The notes under the pieces are model-generated. The model saw only the letters and a program-made list of their open reading frames with translations. It ran no database searches and had not been told where the DNA came from. A stretch of DNA of 60,984 bases from a virus (lineage: Duplodnaviria; Caudoviricetes), in the IMG/VR virus record IMGVR_UViG_3300009161_000006, positions 1-60,984 of that record, one strand, 5' to 3'. Shown in pieces: positions 29,738 through 37,435 of the stretch. How positions within the stretch are numbered: position 1 is the stretch's first letter; the number at the start of each line of letters is the position of its first letter. A program made the translations under genes and the position numbers.

Positions 29738-30040
29738 TTAATTGATTACTGATTTTTCTATTCCGTTAATAATAAATGTGTAGTCTGCATCTTCTGCTAA
29801 CCTTTGAGTCACAATGTTTATACCATGAATTACTGAATTATGACTGATGTCGTATCCATTATCTTTCATGTGTTTTTGTATATACATTATACGCATTGGT
29901 CTATGGAAGCAAAGATAGTAAAGAAGATGTCTCGCATCTACTAACTCTCTATTTTTAGACTTTACAAATAACTCTTCCTTTTTGATACCCATCAAAGATG
30001 ATATCGTATTTACATACTGATTAAAGATTTCTTTTTTCAT
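29738..30040 (-). CDS. DnaA C-terminal (domain IV)-like HTH protein
   Basis: KSKNRELVDARH...HNSVIHGI resembles the DnaA domain IV signature. Confidence 0.7.
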   Translation of the reverse strand: MKKEIFNQYVNTISSLMGIKKEELFVKSKNRELVDARHLLYYLCFHRPMRIMYIQKHMKDNGYDISHNSVIHGINIVTQRLAEDADYTFIINGIEKSVIN

Positions 30041-30261
30041 TTTTCTTTTTGTATAGATGAATAGCTATATGCTATAAGAAGTATCCCACTTATAATCATT
30101 ATAGCAATAAAAAATATTGACATTAACACTGTTCCAAATACCTCAAAGGTATTAGTTGAAATGATAATTGATTCCCATAATACTCTTACTAAAAAGTAAA
30201 AGCAAAAAATATACGGCACAATTAGGGTAAGGCTTAATAGCCCTGCTGCGATTCTTTCCAT
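30037..30261 (-). CDS. Small membrane protein (2 TM)
   Basis: Two hydrophobic stretches; downstream of - strand promoter 30295-30302. Confidence 0.6.
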   Translation of the reverse strand: MERIAAGLLSLTLIVPYIFCFYFLVRVLWESIIISTNTFEVFGTVLMSIFFIAIMIISGILLIAYSYSSIQKEK

Positions 30262-30337
30262 TTGATTTTGATTTAGATTTGATTAATAATAGTACAAATA
30301 TAGTTTAACTATATTACATTTCCTAATTTATTTTGAT

Positions 30338-30559
30338 TTATTTTGTAAAAGTTTTAGTATAGTAGTCTTCACCACTAACCCAATACTCATAATTCCCAAC
30401 GTCTTTACTTTTTTTCAATTTATTTCCGTGAGCCTCAACTATTTTTTCTTTATCTATTTCTAATAGTCTGTCTCTGTTATTCCAAAACCACCCATAAAAT
30501 TCATCAGGGTTTAATTCTGCAAACATTTTGTTTACTTCTTGCATTGCTGTCTGTTTCAT
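30338..30559 (-). CDS. Hypothetical protein, MKQTA-type module
   Basis: Shares MKQTA...EKE/DKEKIV.A...YY..TF pattern with 31164-31424. Confidence 0.6.
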   Translation of the reverse strand: MKQTAMQEVNKMFAELNPDEFYGWFWNNRDRLLEIDKEKIVEAHGNKLKKSKDVGNYEYWVSGEDYYTKTFTK

Positions 30560-30560
30560 G

Positions 30561-30791
30561 TTACTCTAAGTTTAAGTTATAATTATTTAATGTCTCTCTG
30601 ATTGATTCTCTTATCTTATCAGCCATATCTCTCTCAGCTTCTGTAGCTTCTCTGTTGTCAATGGCTCCATACTTTGCTATACCTCTCAATTCTTGGTCTA
30701 AATCCCACATAGCTATCTTCCATTTGTATCCATCTAATGCAGTCCTTGCATCGTCTTGTTCTTCAAATTCATACTCAATTATTACTTTCAT
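30561..30791 (-). CDS. Hypothetical protein
   Basis: 76-aa ORF, coupled overlaps. Confidence 0.6.
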   Translation of the reverse strand: MKVIIEYEFEEQDDARTALDGYKWKIAMWDLDQELRGIAKYGAIDNREATEAERDMADKIRESIRETLNNYNLNLE

Positions 30792-31183
30792 TTGTCCTGT
30801 TTTTTAATTAATAAACTATCTCTGTATGCTATCTCTTTGTTAATGATATCAAGGTGCCAATCAGCACCACCATAGTCAAGTATTGCCTCTAGGTAGTCAT
30901 CATCCATATCAGCTATGGCTATCCAAGTTAGTGGTTGCTTACCATCCTTACCTCTACTACCTCTTGTTGCATATTGTCTGACAAGCTCAAAGTCATCGTC
31001 TGCATAGACATAATAAGTTTCAATCTTATCCATATCCATTGCACCATACCTTTCATACTCATTGCCACCATCTGCCATAGCATCATTGGGGCAACCACAT
31101 GTTACATAGTCATGCCTATGTCTACTTACTAATACCTCATTACACTCAAGGCATTTTACTGAGTTATATACTATCTGTTTCAT
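30788..31183 (-). CDS. Zn-ribbon protein (CxxC...SRHRHD..C.C...DGG)
   Basis: Cys/His pattern common in phages; start reassigned to MKQIV. Confidence 0.65.
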   Translation of the reverse strand: MKQIVYNSVKCLECNEVLVSRHRHDYVTCGCPNDAMADGGNEYERYGAMDMDKIETYYVYADDDFELVRQYATRGSRGKDGKQPLTWIAIADMDDDYLEAILDYGGADWHLDIINKEIAYRDSLLIKKQDK

Positions 31184-31424
31184 TGTCCGTGTTTTTAAAG
31201 GTTTCATTGTAGTAATTTTCAGCCATTCTATTATAGAATCTACTTTGTCTATCTGATTGTTGGTCTGACCTTCCATCTCTATAAGCATCAACTATCTGCT
31301 CCTTCTCCATTTCTTTTACTTGTTGTATTAATGAATCTAATTGTTCCCATTCTATTTCACAAAATTGTGGGTCACCATATGATTCTAATTCTTTACCTAA
31401 CCATTCTACTGCTGTTTGTTTCAT
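31164..31424 (-). CDS. Hypothetical protein, MKQTAVEWL-type module
   Basis: Paralogous pattern to 30338-30559. Confidence 0.65.
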   Translation of the reverse strand: MKQTAVEWLGKELESYGDPQFCEIEWEQLDSLIQQVKEMEKEQIVDAYRDGRSDQQSDRQSRFYNRMAENYYNETFKNTDNETDSI

Positions 31425-31639
31425 ATCATTTCTATTTAAGTAATGGGGCAACTTTTACCCCTTATCTTTTATTGTTTTGTTATGCTATACTTCGCCAAAG
31501 GTGGTTAAAATTGGTAGTTTTGGCTACATATAGGTTTTAATTGCTATTAATATGAAAATATCATACTTTCTGCAATATAAAACTGTCACATATATTAGCT
31601 AGAATTGTGACAAAAAGGTATAAATAGCTAATATATTAG

Positions 31640-32017
31640 TCACATTCCTTTTGCAATCATGTTTAATATTTCTTCTCTCTCCTCATCAGTTAGTCTAACA
31701 GGTAAGTTATACTCTTCCTTATTTTCTAATCTACATCTCTCTACCTCTTCCCATAATGAAATGTCATCATAGCAAATTGGATTGCCATCTTTATCCATGG
31801 CTTGGTATTCGTCACCATCAGATTCTCTCTCCCATAAATACCAATCTATCCAATCTGCTCCTTCTTTACCATAGTAAACATTTAATAGAATATCTATTAC
31901 TTCATTAGAGTCATCTGAGAAATTAATAAGGTCTATGCCTAAATAATATAGTTCGTTAATTTTATTAGATTTATCCCTAATCTTATTAAGGATATGTATA
32001 AATACTTCTTGCTTCAT
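31640..32017 (-). CDS. Hypothetical protein
   Basis: 125-aa ORF, DWIDWYLWE motif. Confidence 0.6.
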   Translation of the reverse strand: MKQEVFIHILNKIRDKSNKINELYYLGIDLINFSDDSNEVIDILLNVYYGKEGADWIDWYLWERESDGDEYQAMDKDGNPICYDDISLWEEVERCRLENKEEYNLPVRLTDEEREEILNMIAKGM

Positions 32018-32133
32018 TTGTCTTGTTATTAAAAGATTAGTTAATCAAGCTTCCTATATAAATACATTATTATTCTCGTGTAAATGTAATCACGCAATTG
32101 CTTTAGTTTTTTCATAAGTCACTTTTTTTTTGG

Positions 32134-32490
32134 TTAATAATAATTGTTTTTAATCTGATTCTTTATCTTTTCTAAAGTCTTTATATCATCACACTCCAAT
32201 ATCTTTGTCCTCAATGGAGTATAATATTGACGAGCAACAAACATCTCCCTTAGCTCTCTAGTATGAAGCAAATAGATTGGGTCTTTAGCCTTGTACCATA
32301 CATTATGATTTGCAATCCCATGCAAAACTGTTGCGTGAGTTTGATTAAACATCCTGCCTATGCGTGATAGCGATAACCCATTATTTCTTAGCAAATTGTA
32401 AATATAGTATCTCTTGTATAACACATGTCTATATCTACTTTTTACTTTCAAATCATTTACGTTTATGTATTCAATAATCTCTTCTATCAT
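32134..32490 (-). CDS. DnaA domain IV-like HTH protein
   Basis: LSLSRIGRMFNQTHATVLHGI matches the DnaA HTH signature (SL..IG..F.RDHTTV.HA). Confidence 0.75.
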   Translation of the reverse strand: MIEEIIEYINVNDLKVKSRYRHVLYKRYYIYNLLRNNGLSLSRIGRMFNQTHATVLHGIANHNVWYKAKDPIYLLHTRELREMFVARQYYTPLRTKILECDDIKTLEKIKNQIKNNYY

Positions 32491-32501
32491 ATTTCTATGT
32501 T

Positions 32502-32690
32502 TTAATAATCCATACCATAATCTGCTAGGTCTAATGGTGAAATGTTTCCACTCTCTAATATGTCCATTAGCCCATGAAATAATTTGCCTCCCTCAAGTCC
32601 CCTGTCATTCATATCTGTTATGAACTTACCTGAATGCTCATGACAATAGTCAATTGCATCATCTAATGTTGTCTCTTCTGTTATCTTCAT
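32502..32690 (-). CDS. Hypothetical protein
   Basis: Acidic ORF starting MKITEE. Confidence 0.5.
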   Translation of the reverse strand: MKITEETTLDDAIDYCHEHSGKFITDMNDRGLEGGKLFHGLMDILESGNISPLDLADYGMDY

Positions 32691-32877
32691 CTTTTTTTGT
32701 TTTTTTATAGTCAATAATAAATCCTACTGCCACAATGATATTCATACCAAAGGACATTAATATCTCATGGATATCAGCATATACATTCGTTGATAGATGT
32801 ACATGACCAACCATCCAAAAAGGTATGGATAAGTTTTGGCTCACCCATACCAATAGATACCTTACAAAGTGTTTCAA
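32659..32877 (-). CDS. Small membrane protein
   Basis: Hydrophobic ORF, SQNLSIPFW.VGHVHL motif. Confidence 0.6.
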   Translation of the reverse strand: MKHFVRYLLVWVSQNLSIPFWMVGHVHLSTNVYADIHEILMSFGMNIIVAVGFIIDYKKTKKDEDNRRDNIR

Positions 32878-33326
32878 GGAGCAACCACATAGTTATATGC
32901 ACTTGTGCTTCCTGACATCTTAAATTCATATGTTACTATGCCACATGTTGCATCGTTGATTCTTATCTTTATTGATGAAGCAGTCTTAAAGCTAGAAAAT
33001 ATCTCGTGTGTTGTTAGATTGTCCATAAAGAATAATGTCCTGTTGTCCTCAGAAACAGAGCAATCTAATATATTATATTTTTGATATACCCCGTTAACTA
33101 AAAAAGACATGTCCACATTGACTCCCTCGTCACATATGTATACACCACCAATATAAAAAGATATTTCATTATTATAATTCTCAAGTTTTAAAAATTGATT
33201 TTCATAACCATTAGTATGTGCAATTTTATATGGAGCATCAAATCCATTATCAACTGTTTTGTATATCCATTGTGCACTTGCTGTATAGCTTAGTGCTAAT
33301 CCTATTGTCATTAATAAAGTTTTCAT
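32874..33326 (-). CDS. Secreted/periplasmic protein
   Basis: Sec signal MKTLLMTIGLALSYTASA|Q typical of Bacteroidota. Confidence 0.65.
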   Translation of the reverse strand: MKTLLMTIGLALSYTASAQWIYKTVDNGFDAPYKIAHTNGYENQFLKLENYNNEISFYIGGVYICDEGVNVDMSFLVNGVYQKYNILDCSVSEDNRTLFFMDNLTTHEIFSSFKTASSIKIRINDATCGIVTYEFKMSGSTSAYNYVVAP

Positions 33327-33464
33327 AATTTTAGTTTTTAGTTTATTTTGTTTCGTTTTGCATTGCAAATTTGTAAATATAATTGTAAGTTAAAGCTCCC
33401 CCTGAATTGGTGTTGCCACCAATCTATTCTGTCAGCGAATGACACGTTATAATTTTCCATATGC

Positions 33465-33746
33465 TTAGTTTATAAATTTTGAACTGATTAATAATACATC
33501 TCCGACAATATAATCATCGGGAAGACCTGCTAATTCTGTTGCAATAATGTTTGGCTTTAGATTGTTCATTTTGCCCTCTTCATTTACAACTAATATTACC
33601 CCGTCTTTTAAGTATACAAGCTCAACGTATCCACCTACACAGGCTTGCATTTCGCTAAGAGTTACATGAGACTCATTGAACTCCATTGTTCTTGTGGTAC
33701 CATCTGATAAAATCAATGTACCATTTGCTTTTGTGTTTTTTTCCAT
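33465..33746 (-). CDS. DUF3846-like protein
   Basis: LSEMQ..VGGYVE...VNEEGK...N..AT...IVGDV motif. Confidence 0.8.
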   Translation of the reverse strand: MEKNTKANGTLILSDGTTRTMEFNESHVTLSEMQACVGGYVELVYLKDGVILVVNEEGKMNNLKPNIIATELAGLPDDYIVGDVLLISSKFIN

Positions 33747-33795
33747 AATTTGATTAGATTAAATGTAAAGATAGTTCATTTGCACCAATAATTGT

Positions 33796-34155
33796 TCATA
33801 ACTCTGCTGTAAAATCACAACCCCCTTGTTCTTTAATGCAATCTCTTATCTCTCTACCCAATAGCAAGTCGGCATAGTTACTCAATTCTTCAGTAGTAAA
33901 GAATGGTTTAATCATCTCATCATTGTAGCCATTATTGTTCTTAAAGAACTCTACAATTACATCGTACTTAGACCCTAAACTCTCCTCTATACTTTTAATC
34001 TCATTCTCCACCTCTTCTAGATGTTCCTCTTCATTGAAGTGATAATCAATGTACTCAGGTTGGCACTTATGTCCACCAAACCTACTTGCCGCTTCACTTG
34101 ATTGCAGCGCGAACCAAAACTTACCATTGATATCGCCTGCATAATATCTGCCCAT
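33796..34155 (-). CDS. Hypothetical protein (MGRYY.GDI.GKFWF family)
   Basis: 119-aa ORF; its first codons are duplicated upstream of the HNH gene. Confidence 0.65.
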   Translation of the reverse strand: MGRYYAGDINGKFWFALQSSEAASRFGGHKCQPEYIDYHFNEEEHLEEVENEIKSIEESLGSKYDVIVEFFKNNNGYNDEMIKPFFTTEELSNYADLLLGREIRDCIKEQGGCDFTAEL

Positions 34156-34690
34156 AACTAATTGATTTTTAGATTGTTAAACTTATTTACTATATTCCCA
34201 ACTGTTCTATGGTTTGTACCATATTGTTTTGCAATTTTTCTCATTGATATTCCTTTTTTAATTAAATTATTCCACTCTTTGTAGAATTTATTATTTCCTT
34301 TATCTTTTAATCCTGTATATGGTTTATGTAAACCAATATCGTATGCGTGTTTTGTGTTTTCACTTATTGTATGCCATTCTAAATTTTCCACACGATTATC
34401 ATTTTTAATTCCGTTTATATGATTAACGGTTTCTTTACATTGTGGATTTGGTAAATATGCAATAGCTACAAGTCTATGAATAAAATAATCTTTATTACTT
34501 ATTCTAACTTTAACATACCCTTTATGTCCTGTTTTAGATTGTTTAAGTTCTGTAAGTTTATTAAACTTTCTTTTACTAAATACTTTGCCTTCTTTAGTAA
34601 TAAAATAATCTTTTTCTATTTCTACCATAACATTTGTTTGTTTGCAAAGATACAAAACAATATGGTAATTACTAATACCTTCCCATAACT
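34142..34690 (-). mobile_element. HNH cassette bounded by 18-bp imperfect direct repeats (34142-34159, 34673-34690)
   Basis: Minus strand AGTTATGGGAAGGTATTA vs AGTTATGGGCAGATATTA; internal promoter 34645-34652. Confidence 0.7.
34158..34628 (-). CDS. HNH homing endonuclease (HNH_3 type, C-terminal HTH)
   Basis: IHRLVA..YLPN...VNHING.KNDNRVENLEW...EN..HA; start reassigned to ATG 34628 downstream of TATCTTTG. Confidence 0.88.
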   Translation of the reverse strand: MVEIEKDYFITKEGKVFSKRKFNKLTELKQSKTGHKGYVKVRISNKDYFIHRLVAIAYLPNPQCKETVNHINGIKNDNRVENLEWHTISENTKHAYDIGLHKPYTGLKDKGNNKFYKEWNNLIKKGISMRKIAKQYGTNHRTVGNIVNKFNNLKIN

Positions 34691-34762
34691 TATAATTTAT
34701 TAAATTTTGCTTACTCTGTAAGGTTTTCAGCATCCCCTTTGCACTCGTGATAGAGATACTCA

Positions 34763-35674
34763 TCAAACGCCATACATAGCTATCTCCTTAGATACTTTGC
34801 CGGTGTCTATGAACATCTGAAACTTTCTGCCAAGTTTTATTATACTCTTAACCTTATCTAAGTTTCCATTATACATTATAATTAATAGTGGTGTTACTTT
34901 TTTCATAAACGCATTATGATTTCCATTTGGATTGTTCACACTATAATCTACCAACATATAAAATAACTCATACCTCCTAATCATTTGTTTAACATTCTCA
35001 AACTTAGATGGCAGTCTAAACTCAAGCACCCCCTCATTCACATCAAACTCTTTTACAAGAGCGACCTGATACTTATCATGACACCCATGCCAATCCCAAT
35101 ACTTCTCAGTAGACTCCATTCGTCTATTGTTACAGCAATATTTTGTCCGCAACCTATGTCTATATAAAGCATATATGAGCCCACTATTTTTTCTTACGGA
35201 CTCCCTCAGTTTGTCACCACTCCACCCATTGACACCTATTGTTATGTGACCACCACATGAGTCATCACTCGGACTGAAATTATCATCTATAATTTTCTCT
35301 GCCTTGTAAAACATATCGAACACTTTGTTCCTCCACATACCTCTCGGCAATAGTGGTAGTATATGCGTTACAGCCTCATATCCACATGAACTATCGTACT
35401 CAAATCCACAGAACATTTCATGCTCATGTAGCGCCTCTTCGTCTAACTCATTTTTCTCCACCTCAAATCCTATTGTAAACCTTGACTGATACCCTGCTAA
35501 TTCATCGAACTCAATGTTCTTTCTCTTTGATATCGGTAGCCCATTTATATCTGTCTGCCACTTAGTCTTGTTCAACTTTAATGGATAAGCTTTATTATGG
35601 TATCTCACAACCTCACCTCTAATACTCTGATTTGTCTTGGTGTAAATAACACCTGACTTTTCACATTCTGTCAT
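34763..35674 (-). CDS. Putative amidoligase (COOH-NH2 ligase, Amidoligase_2-like) 2
   Basis: GFEVEK, EYDSS, YEAVT, SCGGHIT, LEFRLP motifs. Confidence 0.75.
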   Translation of the reverse strand: MTECEKSGVIYTKTNQSIRGEVVRYHNKAYPLKLNKTKWQTDINGLPISKRKNIEFDELAGYQSRFTIGFEVEKNELDEEALHEHEMFCGFEYDSSCGYEAVTHILPLLPRGMWRNKVFDMFYKAEKIIDDNFSPSDDSCGGHITIGVNGWSGDKLRESVRKNSGLIYALYRHRLRTKYCCNNRRMESTEKYWDWHGCHDKYQVALVKEFDVNEGVLEFRLPSKFENVKQMIRRYELFYMLVDYSVNNPNGNHNAFMKKVTPLLIIMYNGNLDKVKSIIKLGRKFQMFIDTGKVSKEIAMYGV

Positions 35675-35694
35675 ACATTTAGATTTAATTTGAT

Positions 35695-36144
35695 TTATAA
35701 TTTACCTTCGTCTACATAAGAGTAATATCCTTTTGACGTAACGATTACATGGTCTAATAGCCTTAAGTCCATTATCTTACACGCTTCATTTAATTTTTTA
35801 GTTAAGGCATCATCTTGCTCACTTGTTTTCAAAGCACCACTTGGATGATTATGACTCAGTATTATTCCTGTTGCTCCACAATTTAATGCCGTCACTAAAA
35901 TCATTCGTACATCTATTACAGTTGAGGTTATCCCACCTTGACTAAGTTTCTGCCAACCTATTGAACGATTTGCTTGATTGAAATAAATTACTATTGAACT
36001 CTCACAATAGTCTAATGTGTCCTCATCATACATCTTCTTCAATAATTTATAGCTGTCATCAGACCCCTTAATCTGAGTCGTAACAATCCCCGATGCCTTG
36101 TACTTCAGTGTAATCTCAGGCATATCACTCTTGTATTCTTTCAT
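35695..36144 (-). CDS. RadC-like JAB/MPN domain protein
   Basis: E...HNHPSG...S..D...LLDH motif. Confidence 0.9.
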   Translation of the reverse strand: MKEYKSDMPEITLKYKASGIVTTQIKGSDDSYKLLKKMYDEDTLDYCESSIVIYFNQANRSIGWQKLSQGGITSTVIDVRMILVTALNCGATGIILSHNHPSGALKTSEQDDALTKKLNEACKIMDLRLLDHVIVTSKGYYSYVDEGKL

Positions 36145-36156
36145 AAGTCTATTGGT

Positions 36157-36414
36157 TTAAGATTTAAAATAAAGCTCACCTACACTAAAGTATCTATCTA
36201 CGCTTTGATTCTCCACTATTGTTACCATAGAGCCATTGTTCAATCCATCAATATAGTATTGAGCGAATTGGTCACTTGAATCCTTTAGTAAATCAATCAC
36301 GTTATCTTTTGGTACTCTTGTTACACCACTCATTGGCGTGTGAGTAAATGCAATTCTAATCATTGGAAATACATTTCCGATTATGTTTCTGTAATGTCCC
36401 GCTTGTGGTTTCAT
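36157..36414 (-). CDS. Hypothetical protein
   Basis: ORF between GATase and JAB genes; start reassigned to MKPQ. Confidence 0.55.
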   Translation of the reverse strand: MKPQAGHYRNIIGNVFPMIRIAFTHTPMSGVTRVPKDNVIDLLKDSSDQFAQYYIDGLNNGSMVTIVENQSVDRYFSVGELYFKS

Positions 36415-36497
36415 AAGTTTAGTTTTTAATTGTGGCGTTAACGCCACTTTTGGTTTTCGTGCGTTATGGATGCGACACCCCCCTCGTGATAGCGAGG

Positions 36498-37409
36498 TTA
36501 GAATGGGACAGTCTCACACGTAGCGCAAATCACAGCCTTCCAATCTTCATTGTACTTTGCACCCGTGTTTAAACAGCTCTCACATTCATCTTCTTTTTGT
36601 AACGCATTGTAGTGGTCTGCCTGACAATACTCACAAGTGCCAAACTCTATTTCATTCTCCTCACATAGCGTCATGCCACAGTCGTAGCAAATCTCATCGT
36701 ATATATGCTCGTCTCTTGGTATATCTTTTTGCTTTTTTGTAGCAGGTTGCGACCAAGCGTATGAAGAGCCATACGATTGACCATATACGTTTCCCGGAGT
36801 ATATCCAACGCTACTACCAAGCGACCCTCTGTAGACTTTTGTTCCACCATAGTCAACATAGTTACTGACATACTTATATGAACCATTGGAGAACCAACAG
36901 CCATTAGCCCAATGCCCTGCTTTCTCATTGACAATAGCATATTCATTATTGGTATTCAAGAATACTAATTTGCTACCACCTATGAAGCCCTCAAGCATAT
37001 CAAGTATTATCTCATTGTACTCAAATCCCTCCGTGAAATTCTTGAGCACTACCTCGTTGAACATATAGGTATCCGAATAGTCCTTACTCGTAGGGACATC
37101 GTATATCATTCCGTTATGCACAAATCCTAAGTTATCATTGACCAAGAACGGATGACAATTTGTTTCATCAATCTTTCCGTGAGTACTGATTCGAAAATGT
37201 ATTACTATGTTTCGCTTACCATAACTCTTTTTTACCCTACTATATTCCTGATAGAACACCTCAAAGCTCTTCAACTCCTTGAATGTTTTCATTTGTTTTT
37301 TGTTGTCGATATATAACAAACCGGCACCATCGCCATTGTTATCCCAACAGTTTTTTAGTAGCTCTCTCTTAAGAGTAGCTTCTTTCTTATTCAAAATTGC
37401 TATACACAT
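36498..37409 (-). CDS. Class II (Ntn) glutamine amidotransferase with C-terminal Zn-ribbon repeats
   Basis: N-terminal M-C, N.DGAG, HFRISTHG, CHPF, HNG, SDT, WFSN; four CxxC pairs at C-terminus. Confidence 0.88.
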   Translation of the reverse strand: MCIAILNKKEATLKRELLKNCWDNNGDGAGLLYIDNKKQMKTFKELKSFEVFYQEYSRVKKSYGKRNIVIHFRISTHGKIDETNCHPFLVNDNLGFVHNGMIYDVPTSKDYSDTYMFNEVVLKNFTEGFEYNEIILDMLEGFIGGSKLVFLNTNNEYAIVNEKAGHWANGCWFSNGSYKYVSNYVDYGGTKVYRGSLGSSVGYTPGNVYGQSYGSSYAWSQPATKKQKDIPRDEHIYDEICYDCGMTLCEENEIEFGTCEYCQADHYNALQKEDECESCLNTGAKYNEDWKAVICATCETVPF

Positions 37410-37435
37410 ATTTATTAGATTAAATTATTAATTAA

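Noticed and set aside
34629-34766. Extended N-terminus of the HNH ORF given in the track
   Set aside because: The segment contains the promoter element, relic start and leader; ATG 34628 is the more plausible start
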